From: Eledone cirrhosa
Lineage: Eukaryota
Direction of reading: 5' to 3'
Length of the DNA stretch: 64,000 nucleotides
NCBI GenBank assembly: GCA_964016885.1
Contig: OZ024743.1
Coordinates: 36,580,001 to 36,644,000, forward strand
Position numbers and translations under genes: made by a program. How positions within the stretch are numbered: position 1 is the first letter of the stretch; the number at the start of each line of letters is the position of its first letter. This document shows positions 13,640 to 27,524 of the stretch, in pieces. A model generated the notes under the pieces. The model had not been told where the DNA came from, ran no database searches, and worked only from the letters and a program-made list of their open reading frames with translations.

Positions 13640-15688
13640 AGTATGCAGGCTGGAGCACTCGACGAAGTGCGCAGGTTGGTTTGGTTACTCCGGAGTAGTG
13701 TAAAATAAAGTTAAATAAAAGTCAAATGATTAAAATTTAGCTTCGTTTATTACTGCTATATATATTTCAGTGACAGCCATCTTTGGCTGTGACCTCTTCA
13801 GGCAGTTTGAATTAGTATGGTATAGACAAGTACATATGTTGTTTAGGTGTATGATATTGTCAATACTCTGATATGCCCAGTTCCTTGCTGGGTTGTTAAT
13901 TCACTGGGGAACTGGAGTCATATGAATTCAAACAAACGAATTTTCATGTCACAGGTCCCCTTCTCCTCTCATTGGTCAGTTATTAGTGTTGTCATTGTTG
14001 GAGTTAGCTTAAAAATTGATAAGATGGTAGAAGGGACAAGGTGTTGAAGGAACAAAATATCAAAAAATGTGTCAAACTTCCCATTGTTCAGTTCTGAGAG
14101 CATTCCTCAGTCAGAAGTCTATAGAATTCTTTCTGGGGTGAGGCTCCCTGTGGTGTTTATGCCTGCTATTGTTCAGTACATTTGACCTCCACCATTATTT
14201 TGGTACTGTTGTTGTTGTAGTGGTCAGCTTATACCTTGCTGCTGCTAACAATTTAGAAGTATTCAGTTTGTGTTTTCTCTTCATCCCACCCGCCACCATC
14301 GTAGTGGTGGTGGTGGGGGGGGGTTCTTTCATGTATATGAAGAAATATAAGGCAATAAATGAAGAAAACAGAAGATAAATAAATAATATAATAAAATAAA
14401 ATAATTAATATAATTTGTGTAATTTGAAAATAAATAAATAAATAGAGAATAAAGAATAAAGAGTAAATGAGAGATTGGTGGAAAAGTAATGATAATGTAT
14501 ATGGAGAAGTGAGAAATAATGTAGGATAAAGTGTGTGTGTGTGTGTGCTATAACCAATCTCAAGGTCAGAATATGTTGGATAGATTGGTATGATACAAGA
14601 TGTTAAGATGAGATATTCAATGTGTTTGTGTTATAATCTATCTCAACTTAAAATAAATATAAGGTTATACAATGAAGAGGGCAGAAAATAAATAACAAAT
14701 TAATAAAGAGAAATCAAGATTTAAGATTGGAACTTTAAAGTCAGAAATCTGGTAAATTAAAAGTGTTTGTGTTATAGATGTTGGCCAGATTATTATGGCT
14801 GTGTCCGATTCTATCTCTAGGCTATCATGGTGTCTGCTCCACCTGGGTTGTTCCCTATGGCTTGAGGGGAGTTCACAACCTAGGGTGTTGTAATTGTCCA
14901 TATAGCTTGAGGGAGGTCTGGCCGAGAGGTGTTTTCATGTTCTGTAGAAGTCCCTATAGCTTGAGGGGAGTTCACATCTTCTTATGTTGCTACTGTCCAT
15001 ATATTTTGAGAAAGGTCCCGGCTCTAAGGTGTCTGCATGTCCCGAAGAAGTCGGTTCTGAGGTTTATCAGGCCGCTTCCACCTCTTAGTATCTCGAGGGT
15101 CTCGTTCAGGCATAGTTTGCATATGCAAGATCCCCCTTTATCGGGTGGTACTTTCCTGATTATGTACCAGGCCAGAGAGTATTGGGTCCTGTCCAGCTTA
15201 AGCTTCCAGATCAGGTCGGAGAGAGCTGTGCTTTTCCTTTTGGCCTCCTTCTTGAATGAATGGCGATGGTTGTACCAGCGGTCCTTAAAGCTCGTTGATG
15301 TGGCTCCTATGTAGAGGTGTTCGGAGTTGGGGGGTTTTAACCCTACAACCGTACACTATGTTCTTCTTGAGACATTCATTACCAAGGGGGCATGATTCGG
15401 GGTTTCTACAGTTGCAGAGGGTGGGCGGCCTCTGCGTGCTTAGATTAGGCTTCTCATTCGTATTCCACCACGAGAAATTTGGCCCAACACATAGCTAGCA
15501 TCAACAGAAGTAGGCTTAAAAACCACACACAACCAGATGATGGCAATACAAACACTCAGCAGAACCATGTGAAAGGAGGGAAGGGGGGGACCCAGAGCCC
15601 ACCCAAGAAACACAAACAGACCCAAGGACCCCCCACCGAGCATGGGGGAAGACCAACATGTAACACATAATGAGAACCCTAATCTAAG

Positions 15689-15692
<4 letters not shown>
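13640..15692 (-). mobile_element. 5'-truncated Penelope-like element (Naiad-type GIY-YIG)
   Basis: Minus strand ~15005-15425 reads, with frameshifts, CNCRNPESCP..NIVYGCRV..LYIGATSTSFKDRWYNH..ALSDLIWKLK..CKLCLNE..TCRH; 3' HHR at 13752-13806; 15670-15692 is an inverted copy of 15435-15457. Confidence 0.8.
13752..13806 (-). ncRNA. type-I hammerhead ribozyme
   Basis: actgc-CTGAAGA-..acagcca/tggctgt..-GAAA-tatatat-a-gcagt. Confidence 0.85.
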
Positions 15693-15767
<75 letters not shown>

Positions 15768-16323
15768 GTATGTATATATATACGTTAAAATACATACGTA
15801 GTGGATGTGTATGCACATGCACATGTAGGTATATGTGCGTGTCAATGTGTGCAGACATGTGTATATAAAGAACATATATACATGTATATGCAAAACGCTT
15901 GGCGGAATAGGTTTAATAAAATGTCCCAGTATTGCATGAGTGATCAAAAAGATCTTTGAAAACCTGAGACCTCACACAATTCTCAATATCTTTCTTGCCT
16001 TTACTCATTCTCTATATTTTCTCCTCACAATCGTCCTCAATTTATCTGCCTTTCTATAACCCAAAAGTACTCACACACATACAAATACACAGCCATATAC
16101 ATACACACACAGATACACACAGACACACACAGACACACACAGACACACAGACACATACACGCACAGATATACACATATATATGTGAGAAAAACCACAGAC
16201 CCTCCATCTCAACTCTACTTTTGAAAAGCAGAAGAACTGCGAAACCGGTAAAGGAACCACATAAATATATATATATATATTTTTTAAAAAGACTCCAGTT
16301 GCATTTTCGATTTCATCTTTTTT

Positions 16324-17205
<882 letters not shown>

Positions 17206-17209
17206 TTAT

Positions 17210-17768
17210 TTATTAAAATAACAGATTAAAGTTTAAGCAAAGAATCGCTGCTTTCACCCTTAACGGGATCTTCTGAAACTAACAAAGTCAATCTGTAAAC
17301 GCAGAAGTGGATATTTCAAAAAACGTTGCAACCGGAGGAAGACAGGAAGACGATACTTTGGTTCGTGGAAACGTTCCCTGGCAAAGAACGGGAATAACGA
17401 AAGTAATACGTCATTAATAGGAGCGGTGAAAAACAATTACGCAAAGACAGAACAATTGTTTTTCACCGCTCCTATTAATGACGTATTATTTTCGTTTTTC
17501 CCGTTCTTTGCCAGGGAACGTTTCCACGAACCAAAGTATCGTCTTCCTGTCTTCCTCCGGTTGCACGTTTTTTTAAATATCCACTTCTGCGTTTACAGAT
17601 TGACTTTGTCAGTTTCAGAAGATCCCGTTAAGGGTGAAAGCAGCGATTCTTTGCTTAAACTTTAAGCTGTTATGTTAATAAATATTTGCTCTACGGTTCT
17701 TATATATTTGATATATATTTATCCTTATCGAGCCCTCTTTGGATTTTAGTCTTCAAATTTATTATTAT

Positions 17769-17772
<4 letters not shown>
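17210..17772. mobile_element. Fold-back pLTR pair of the 37545-39300 PLE family
   Basis: 17213-17430 is inverted at 17460-17680; CAGAAGA hammerhead on both arms. Confidence 0.8.
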
Positions 17773-17854
<82 letters not shown>

Positions 17855-17917
17855 TTATATATATATATATATGATAAAGAACACAAGAGCGTCTACAACA
17901 TCAAAAGATTTTTATTG

Positions 17918-17962
17918 GCTTACAATGTTTCTTCCTTACGTAACCGTAGGATTCGTCAGAGC
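17918..17962 (-). ncRNA. type-I hammerhead ribozyme
   Basis: gct-CTGACGA-a-tcctacg/cgtaagga-a-GAAA-cattgt-a-agc. Confidence 0.75.
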
Positions 17963-18532
17963 TATAAAAGGGGTTTGATTGGTGTTATGGACTCTACCAA
18001 CCAAACATTCAAGAACAAAGAGTAAAGAGAGTAAAGAGCAAAAGTAGGGGACGATAAGTCTAATTTTGGTGCGGGAGGGTGGGGTGTGGGTCCTTGTTTA
18101 CTAGCTGCGGTCATATTCATTCCCGGGAGTCGAGTGGTTAGCTGAACCATAGATGGGGTGGCGTCGATAGCATGGCGCAGAGGGTGTGCAGAGGCTATAT
18201 ATATATATGTATTCTTATATATATCATCATCATCATCATCATCATCATCGTTTAACGTCCATGTTCCACGCTTGCATGGGTTTGGACGGGAGTTTTCCCA
18301 CTTGAGGCAAGAGTGGTTGTCTTGCTCGCATAGGACTGTCTGGCGGGTTTTCTACAGCTGGATGCCCTTCCTAACACCAACCACATTTACGATCTCATTT
18401 GTTTCGGCCTGGATGTTGTGGCACCAACATAACTTTACATTGAAAGAGGAGGTGTGGATGGGGTGGGGGTGGTGGGACGGGGGTGTATTTTATTAGAGAT
18501 GCCTACTGACTGTAGTAGGTTTTACTTTGTAT

Positions 18533-20653
18533 TTAGGTAAGGCGTGTCTTCTCTATTACTGAGTACCGCCAAAGGTCTCGGTCCAGTAACATTGTCTTGG
18601 AGAGGTGTAAGTGTGTGAGGTCGGAATTTATCAGCTCGTCCCAGGTTTTTCTGGGTCTGCCTACTCCGTGGCTACCATCTATCTTTATTGCCCTGCACTT
18701 TGTTATACAGCTGTCGTCTTTCATGCGCATCACGTGACCATACCAACGTAGCCTTCTCTCGAGTAAACAACATCTGATCCCTCTTATTTCTAATTTTTTC
18801 CTTAGTTCGTTTATGCTTTGCCGTTCACGTATATTACTATTACACATCCAGCGGAGCATGCAAGCTTCGTTCCTCTCTAGTCTGCGTATATCCTCTGCAC
18901 ACAATGCCCAGGTCTCACTGCCATGCAACATTGCTGTTCGTATGCAGGCATCATACAACCTGCCTTTCATTTTTAGGGAGAACCCTTTAGCGGCTAATAG
19001 TGGTATAAGCTCTCTGAACTTTTTCCATCCAGTTCTGACTCTAGCTACTGTACTTTCAGAGCACCCTCCCCCACTGCTGATTTTTTTGTCACCCAGGTAA
19101 CGGAAGCTGTCCACTATTTCTATAGAACCCTCTGCGCAATTGAAAGACCTAGTATTTTGTGGGCACTTGCTGCTACTTATTGCACCAGAGCACCGGCCAC
19201 ATGTAAAATCTGTGTTCTTAGTTAGCTTACCTGTGATCCCACTACATCTTTTATGCACCCATACTTTGCATTTGGGACATAAAATGGAGTTTCTACCTAC
19301 GCCTTTCCTACACACTGAGCATGGCCATTTCCCGGAAGGGACCGGCGCCTTATTTTCTTTCCTACAAACTAGAACTTTAGTCTTAGCCAGGTTAATTTTA
19401 AGGCCTTTTGATTCTAGGCCGTGCTTCCATGTTTGGAATTCCTTCTCTAGCTCGGCCATTGATTCAGCTATGAGCGTTAGATCATCTGCGTATAGGAGTT
19501 CCCATGGGCAGCCGGTCTTGAACTCCTCTGTTATAGCCTGAAGGGCAATAATAAATAGTAGGGGGCTAAAAACAGAGCCCTGATGGACACCAACTTTTAC
19601 GCTAAACTCTTCACTATATTCGTTGTTAATTCTAACCTTGCTGACTGTTTCTTTATACATGGCTTGTATAGCTCTCACAAGCCATTCGTCAACACCTAGT
19701 TTTCTAAGAGCCCACCAGATAATGGAACAGGGGACTCTGTCGAAGGCTTTCTCCAAGTCGACAAAAGCTAAGTATAAGGGTTTACTTTTAGCTAGGTACT
19801 TCTCCTGTAGTTGTCGTACAATGAAAAGAGCGTCTGTGGTACTTTTGCCTGACACAAACCCGAACTGCATTTTATCTAGATCAATTCTCTCTCTGATTAG
19901 TTGCGCTATTACTTTTTCCGTGACCTTCATGACCTGGTCGATTAATTTAATGCCTCTATAGTTACTCCTATGTAGGGCGTCTCCTTTACGCTTGTAACAG
20001 TTAACGATGATGCTGCTACACCAGTCCTTCGGAACAACCCCATTCTGTATGACTTGGTTTACTATCTGGGTGACCATGGTGTGTCCCACCGTTCCAGAGG
20101 CTTTCAGCATCTCAGCAACTATTTCCGAAGGCCCAGCCGCCTTACCCGTCTTCATATCTTTGATTGCCTTACTTATTATACTACCTTCGACTAACACTGC
20201 TGGTCCCTCTATTGGGTCGATGTGGGGGAGACTGTCTTTCTCCCATTTATTTTCCTCATTTAGTAGCCTTTCGTAGTGACACTTCCAAGCTACCTTCTTA
20301 TCAGCGTCAGTGATGGCAAGTACGCCATCATCGTTAAGTATACACTTCTCCCCGACAATATCACGGTTTTCCTTGACACATTGCCTAGCAATCCTGAACA
20401 CCTCACGTTTTTGGTCTTCGCGTTGTAGAACATGCTTGAACTTTCTTTCCTCTGCTTTCCTTCTTACGAAGTACACTTGTCTCCTAGCTTCCCTCCTGGC
20501 CACTTGATAGTCTTCTCTACTTCCCCCATCACGCCATGCTTTCCAAGCCTGCTTTTTGGCCTTGATTGACCCCTCTACCTTACTGTTCCACCACCATGTT
20601 ACTCTCCTCCTGCCTACAGGCCTGCTCCAGCCACAGACTTCGTCTGCCGCCAT
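18533..20653 (-). CDS. RTE reverse transcriptase, intact 706-aa portion
   Basis: Uninterrupted ORF with the RT motifs and a Cys/His finger CSVC..CPKC..HKRC..CGRC. Confidence 0.92.
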   Translation of the reverse strand: MAADEVCGWSRPVGRRRVTWWWNSKVEGSIKAKKQAWKAWRDGGSREDYQVARREARRQVYFVRRKAEERKFKHVLQREDQKREVFRIARQCVKENRDIVGEKCILNDDGVLAITDADKKVAWKCHYERLLNEENKWEKDSLPHIDPIEGPAVLVEGSIISKAIKDMKTGKAAGPSEIVAEMLKASGTVGHTMVTQIVNQVIQNGVVPKDWCSSIIVNCYKRKGDALHRSNYRGIKLIDQVMKVTEKVIAQLIRERIDLDKMQFGFVSGKSTTDALFIVRQLQEKYLAKSKPLYLAFVDLEKAFDRVPCSIIWWALRKLGVDEWLVRAIQAMYKETVSKVRINNEYSEEFSVKVGVHQGSVFSPLLFIIALQAITEEFKTGCPWELLYADDLTLIAESMAELEKEFQTWKHGLESKGLKINLAKTKVLVCRKENKAPVPSGKWPCSVCRKGVGRNSILCPKCKVWVHKRCSGITGKLTKNTDFTCGRCSGAISSSKCPQNTRSFNCAEGSIEIVDSFRYLGDKKISSGGGCSESTVARVRTGWKKFRELIPLLAAKGFSLKMKGRLYDACIRTAMLHGSETWALCAEDIRRLERNEACMLRWMCNSNIRERQSINELRKKLEIRGIRCCLLERRLRWYGHVMRMKDDSCITKCRAIKIDGSHGVGRPRKTWDELINSDLTHLHLSKTMLLDRDLWRYSVIEKTRLT

Positions 20654-20703
20654 CAGCAGGTTTGCTTTCAGGAATTCCCACTGCTCCTCTATATTGTACG
20701 ACT

Positions 20704-21565
20704 CTAATTGCTCTTCCTTACTGTCGAAAGCATCAAGTAATATGCTTTGTAATATGCTTTATTTCTGGCTGTGGGATCCTTTAGCTTCCATATTTTTCTC
20801 CTGAGGATAGTCCTCTTCTGCTGTCTAGTACGTCTCGTCCTGACTATGAGGTCGCTAATTATCAGTCTATGTTGGGAGGTGCATTCTTCATGGGGGAGGG
20901 ATTTAGTGTTTACAACAGACACTCTGTCACGTCTTCTGGTAAGGATATAATCTACCTGGCTTGTATGTTCCTCTAATCTGTAGGTGATCAAGTGATTGTC
21001 TCGTTTTTTGAAGTTAGTGTTACAGATAGTTAGGTTGTTTGCATCACAGAATTCCGGGATTCTGAAGCCTTCCTCGTTTCTAGTACCAAACCCATAGCCT
21101 TCGTGGATTCCGTCATTGCCGTCACAATGTTGTCCAACGTGGCCATTTAGGTCGCCAGCAATAATTATATAGTCACTGTCGGTTATTTGGGAGGTAGTGA
21201 GCATCAGTGTCTCATAGAATATGTCTTTTATAGCGCCAGGCAGTCCGGATTGGGGCGCGTATGCAGATATTACTGTCACAGTAGTTCTGTTTAGAACAAG
21301 TCTTATTTTAATTATTCTGTCATTCACTCTATTTACATCTATTATCTTACCCATTTTTCTGCTAACATGATTCCTACCCCACCTATCCCATTGTCATTTC
21401 CCACCCAGAAAAGCTTATAGCAACGTTTTTTACCCACAATGAATCTAGCAGCCCCGCCCCTCCACCTGGTCTCTTGGATACATCAAACATCAACCTCCTT
21501 ACGTTCAAGCAATTCTACAACCTCGTTAGAGCGGCCTTTTAAGGTGCCTACGTTCATGGTACCAA
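20704..21565 (-). pseudogene. RTE AP-endonuclease domain, disrupted
   Basis: Split across ORFs 21483-21692 and 20704-21354 with lesions near 21483, 21360 and 20740. Confidence 0.85.
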
Positions 21566-22260
21566 CTCTGAAGTTTTGGATTGTGTTTGGAGGATGGGGG
21601 AGGGGAGGGGCGAGGGGAATGAGTTTGGGGTTATGTTGGCCATCCGCGGCCGAAACAAAGAGGGGGGGCCTTGCCCTTTCGTCCGGCAGCATGAGGTGAA
21701 TTTGTCGTTATCTTTGGCATTGTCATCGAGTGTCCAGATTCTTCAGACTCTCCAGAAATTCCTTAGTCCATCCATCATATCGAAAAGCAGCCAGTAGTGA
21801 TAGCATAGGCCGTTGACTTGTGATTGGTCCAAATAGTAAAGGTGGAGAGTGGGGGCGGGAGGGAGGGATATGGGGTAGTTAGCAAAGATTTTTTTCGGCC
21901 AAAATGGTAGCAAAGTGGAGATTATTTAGAACAAGTTAGCAAAGAGAAGATTATTTAGAACAAGCGTGGAGAAGATTAATTTAGAACAGTGAGACGGAAT
22001 TATAGGATAGCAACGATTGTAGATATATATGGATGAATGAACCAAGTTTTAGGAGACAAGAAGAAAATGTTCTATTATACATTACATTTTCGTAGAATCG
22101 ACTGACCATTTAATAAGAGTTGACAAATTCTGAGGTTTTGTCCTTCGTAACATTCTTATTTATATTAGGGAGTGAGAGAGCGAGAGGGACGTATATGTTA
22201 GAGAGAGTGGGAGTAATAGCGATTTTTAGGGGCGAGATATATATATATATATATATAAAT

Positions 22261-22992
22261 ACAAATAAATTATCGAGAATCGCATTTCGGCCCACGAAAT
22301 AACGAAAAACAACCTCCGAGATGTGTGGCAAGTGCTCAATGATTCAGATGAACCAGAGCTATAATAAACGTTAAAGGCCGAACACACTGAGACGATGGCT
22401 AAACAATCATCCGCACAGCCAAAAAAAAAAACGATCAAGTAATTCGGGTCAAACAAATAGAAATATATGTGATTGAAAAATTTACCCAGACCCCTGGAAG
22501 GTTGGTAAAATCCAGCATTTGGGTTTCTGCGACTCCTAAATCACGTACTGTCCGCTTACATAAATGTTAGGCTTCTGGTAAGATGATTGAACAAGGAAGC
22601 CGCTTTCTCAACAGGCTTTAGTTCAATGCTAATACAAGGACTGACTATTGCTGACCCTACGTGGGGATCGGCAAGGGAGGCAACCCCTATATCAGGCGAA
22701 TGAATTCAGTTGTGTATATTATTGCAAGAATGCAAAACATCACAAATCGAATAGAGTTATCAACAGAAGGGTTAAAGTTAACATAAGCTATTCATCAGTC
22801 AATAGAATCAACTAAAAAATCAAGAAAATTAACTGGTCAATAGCTAGAGTCTGGAGATTAATACAAATAAATTATCGAGAATCGCATTTCGGCCCACGAA
22901 ATAACGAAAAACAACTTCCGAGATGTGTGGTAAGTGCTCAATGATTCAGATGAACCAGAGCTATAATAAACGTTAAAGGCCAAACACACTGA
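22261..22992. repeat. Pair of ~130-bp direct repeats (22261-22390, 22863-22992)
   Basis: Near-identical AAATTATCGAGAATCGCATTTCGGCCC...CACACTGA. Confidence 0.85.
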
Positions 22993-23136
22993 TGTATACG
23001 CACATACCAAATAAATATATATATATATTTTTTTAAATAAGACTCCAGTTGCATTTTCGATTTCATCTCTTTTTCTTTATACTTTCACTCGTGTAGGACA
23101 CCTCGGTTATTTTTCATTTTGTAAAAAAAACCTCAC

Positions 23137-23262
<126 letters not shown>

Positions 23263-23494
23263 TCATATTTATATATCATATATTTCCACTAGCTCTGACA
23301 GTTGGCAGGTGAGCAGTAAACTGCACTCATGACGGGCAATCACCCAGAAAAATTAGTGTCTGCAATTTTGTTTACATGCCAACACAAGAGCAAGAATAAG
23401 GGGCTCATTCTACTGACATGGCTTGAAAAAGAAAAGAGGCTGTTTGCATAATTGCAAACGAATTGAATATCATTATTAATATTCGAAAAAGGGC

Positions 23495-23872
23495 AGTGGT
23501 TTGGCAGTATCGGTAGAGCGTCAGACACCATGTTTTGCAGTATAGTTATGGCCCTTTGCATTCTGAGTTCAAATCCGCCGAGGTTAACTTTGCCTTTCAT
23601 CCTTACGGGGTCGATAAAATAATGTACCAGTGGTGCACTGGGGTAATCGCTGGCCTTGTGCCAAAAGTAGAAACTCTTAGGGGCGGTGGATTGGCAGTAT
23701 GGGTAGAAGGTCGGACGCCATGCTTTAACGCATAGAGTTACGGCCCTTGCCATTCTGAGTTCAAATCCCGCCGAGGTTAACTTTGCCTTTCATCCTTACG
23801 TGTTCGATAAAATAAAGTACCAGTAATGCACTGGGTAATTGCTGGCCTTGTGCCAAAAGTAGAAACAATTAT
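23495..23872 (+). mobile_element. Two tandem SINE family A copies
   Basis: Consensus matches at 23495-23675 and 23681-23872. Confidence 0.85.
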
Positions 23873-23896
23873 TAATATTCGAAAAACTCAGATTAC

Positions 23897-23977
<81 letters not shown>

Positions 23978-24473
23978 AGGCGTATATGTATGCATGTATC
24001 TGCTATTATTTGTTTGTCCTCCCACCCATCACGGTTGATTGAAAAAAAACTAAAACGAACTGGTATTTCTAGCGACTCCGTTTGCTTGCCAACAGTCCAT
24101 TTATTACTTCCCTTCTTGTGAACTATATACCACTTAATAGTTATCCCTTTCGGAAGAGTCTACGGCCACAGACAATCACTTGAAATTTTTCCGGGTAAGA
24201 GAAGGTTCCCCGAAGAGTTCTATTCTCTTAATCTATATACTAAATTATTAAAGTATCAGGCTGGTCATGTAGCATGCAACTGCAGTAGGAACCAAGAGTA
24301 TTTAAGGTAATTTTTTTTACCTTAATTACTTTACCCATTATTAATTTTGTAATGCTCTGACTAATTGATTAATGGTTTAGTTAATTCATTCATTGAGAGA
24401 AAATTGTAATTGATGGACACTTTTATATGTATCTATATACTTACGTATATGTATGTAACTGCTATTATTTGTT

Positions 24474-24639
<166 letters not shown>

Positions 24640-24654
24640 TGTGTGTGTGTGTGT

Positions 24655-24885
24655 AAAAGGTAAACAGAAATAACAACACAATCAGTACAATATATGGAAG
24701 GAATATAGATTAACGTTTGAAATAGCAGGAAGAGGGTCTTAACGTTTCGGACGTGAGTCCTTCATTAGAAGAAAGAATGAGAAATAAGATAGATAGTAGG
24801 GACGGGCGGGGTGGAATTGGAAAAAATGTCTTTAGATAAAGATAACAGGTCCTTTCATGTTGACATCTCTTGGAAAACTGTTGAT
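24655..24885 (-). mobile_element. HHR-bearing short repeat; inverse copy at 63235-63465
   Basis: tctt-CTAATGA-a-ggac/gtcc-GAAA-cgtt-aaga at 24737-24772 (core G mutated). Confidence 0.75.
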
Positions 24886-24892
24886 GCTGGTG

Positions 24893-24951
<59 letters not shown>

Positions 24952-26942
24952 CTCTTTTTTAATAGGGAGCTAAGAACCCGGGATGTGCAATTCATACTCT
25001 AGTCTGTGATGCAGATAAAATGAAGCGATCAACACCGTATAAATAGAACAAGCCGGATCATTATAGAATATGAAATACATAGATGGCCATATGCAGTTGT
25101 ATGTCGGTTTATTTTCATGCTATATATATTTCACTGGGGACGAAAGCTAGTTAGCGCTCTTCCTACCTAATCCGAGCTCGTCAGATGGTATAAAAATATT
25201 TAAACAATTTTAAGCAACTTTTATATTATTTTCTGATACGAAGGACTGACGGTTTGCGTTGTTGGCGAAATATATATTATGAACATAAATGTACATACAA
25301 CTGCACACGGCCTTCGATGTAATTAATATCATATACACATAGACACACATACTCATATATATATATATATGTGTGTGTGTGTGTCTGTGTGTGTGTATGT
25401 GTGTCCATGTGTCTTTGTGTGTGTGTGTGTGTGTGTGTGGAAATATACTAGGGAGAGAATGTTACAGGTAATCTCATATATAATATTACCGAAAGAGAAC
25501 TCAATACATATGCAGAGTATGTATTTCTATTGAAGTCATAGAAAGTAGGATCTCTAGAAATTGCTGATTAAGTTAATCTCAATGGGGATCCATCAGTCCG
25601 ACGAAAGTAATTATATGGATGTAAATAGTACAAGTTCTCACCATTGGTGTTTCCCTAATGTCTAAACTGTATATTCGAGTGTCCATTTTAGAATCCTAAA
25701 ATGTGATCATGTAAGAGCATTATGGGATGTGGAAGAGGCTCCAAAATGTTTTTAGGTGAGGAAATCTAATGAGGTCGAAACATTAGGATGACGTGATCCT
25801 TGGTTCAATGCTCTTATGGGATGTCACGCCTGGAATATCTTTGATCATAAGTCTGCTTGATCAGAGTTAACATGGGACTAAATAGCAATAACAGCAACCA
25901 TATGCAATCATTCATCTTGTCTTAATGCCTTATATCTCGTGAAACACTGCTACCAGCAATAATTATATTTTAGAAATATTAGTATTGATATTGTTATTGA
26001 CATTTAACCTTTGTTCAGCTCTGATCAAGCAAACTGAAGATCAAATACTTTCCAGCCATTACCTCCCCACCATTTAAAAAAAAAATCTGATTGTAGATAG
26101 GTCTATATTATCCAATGGTTTCTTTCCATATATTAAAACGATAAAGTGAGTGACATGAAATAGCTCACTGTTATTTCTAGTAGGCTGAGTAACTATTCTC
26201 AGGATTTCTCTTCGGTTCGCTTACAGATATTGTATATAGCATAAATGTTGTCATGTTTGAAAAGAAATTACATTGACTGGATATGAAGCGGTGCTGAGAA
26301 CTATCAGAATAATCTGTAATTGCTGAGACTGATTCAATTCTTGGTGACATCGCAATTTACTCAGCGTTTCAGTAACGTTCTCTCTTGCATTGACAATCTT
26401 AGCAACATGTTTTGTCTTTAGAAAAACATAGAAAAGAGACGGTCGACAGGTAGTAGCAAGGAAAGTGCGTTTTCACTGGTCTTTCCGTTGCTGATTCTAT
26501 TTGCCGGTCGCAATGCCTAGCAGAAGCATCGCCGCTTGTCGAGAAGCGAGATTTTAACTCAAAACGCACAGATCCGGAAAAGATTCCACAAAGCATCCCA
26601 CCCGACACTTAGACAATCCTGCCATTCCATCTCCTCTGGGTTTGTACTTTATTTTTCGACTCCAAAAGAATGAAAGGTTAAGTTAACCTCTGGGGTATTT
26701 GTACTCAGAGCGCAGAGAGCCAAGACAATTACCGAGGTATTTAATTGGGTGTTCTAACTACTCTGTCAATTTGCCAATTGTCTTTAGAGTCATATATAAA
26801 AAAAAACAATCAAAATATACAGTTTCCTAGGAAAGCGACGTAAGGATATCGTACATAACTCCATACTCTCTCCTCGGTTTGCTGGTCGGTCACCACTGTA
26901 TTCTCAGAAAAATCTATACAAGTAGCCTATGTATACCATACA

Positions 26943-27127
26943 TAATTGTTTCTACTTTTGGCACAAGGCCAGCAATTATCCCAGTGTATTACTGGTACTT
27001 TATTTTATCAACATCGTAAGGATGAAAGGCAAAGTTAACCTCGGCGGGATTTGAAATCAGACCATAAAAGGCTGTAACTCTTTGCTGCAAAGCATGGCGT
27101 CCGACCCTCTACCGATACTGCCAATCC
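26943..27127 (-). mobile_element. SINE family A
   Basis: Consensus match; older related SINEs at about 26640-26780 and 27270-27420. Confidence 0.8.
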
Positions 27128-27524
27128 TATGGACTCGTAACTCATGGCGGTAACGTAGGAGCACAGTAGTGACCAAGTAAAGCCTGTCTCTCTCTAGCTG
27201 GTTTCTTCCAGAGAAGGAGAGAGAGGTGTGAAGAGAAATAGAGAAAGAGATATAGAGAAAGAGTCGACCCTAGTATTTGGACTGGTAATTTATTTATCCA
27301 CCTTGAAAGAATGAGAGGTAAAGTAAGCCATGGCAAGATTTGAACTCAGAGCACAGAGAGCTGAAATAAATGGTACAAAGCATTCTATCTGACGTTTTAA
27401 AGGCTCTGCCAATTCACCGCCTACAATATGTATTGAGGCAAATGGTATTTCTCTATCGGACAGGTTACATGTCTTTCAACAACTAGTGGTGATAGTGCAG
27501 TTTTGTAATGTTAGACCCTTAGTC

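Larger units (their letters stand above)
18224..22020 (-). mobile_element. Near full-length RTE-clade LINE (APE-RT with a PHD-like finger)
   Basis: APE motifs GTMNVGTL, AYAPQ, GDLNGHVG, QVDYIL, TSQHRLI; RT motifs FVDLEKAFD, GVHQGS, YADD; (GAT)n 3' tail; 5' boundary approximate. Confidence 0.92.

Noticed and set aside
14778-15314. 178-aa plus-strand ORF
   Set aside because: Antisense shadow of the PLE GIY-YIG region and its 3' tandem repeats
15005-15425. Selenocysteine recoding, reported for some Naiad PLEs
   Set aside because: Cys positions read here and at 43912-44127 are not TGA codons; no SECIS recognised
22630-22710. HDV-like ribozyme at the RTE 5' end
   Set aside because: Nested double pseudoknot could not be built; the suggestive motif is on the strand opposite the RTE
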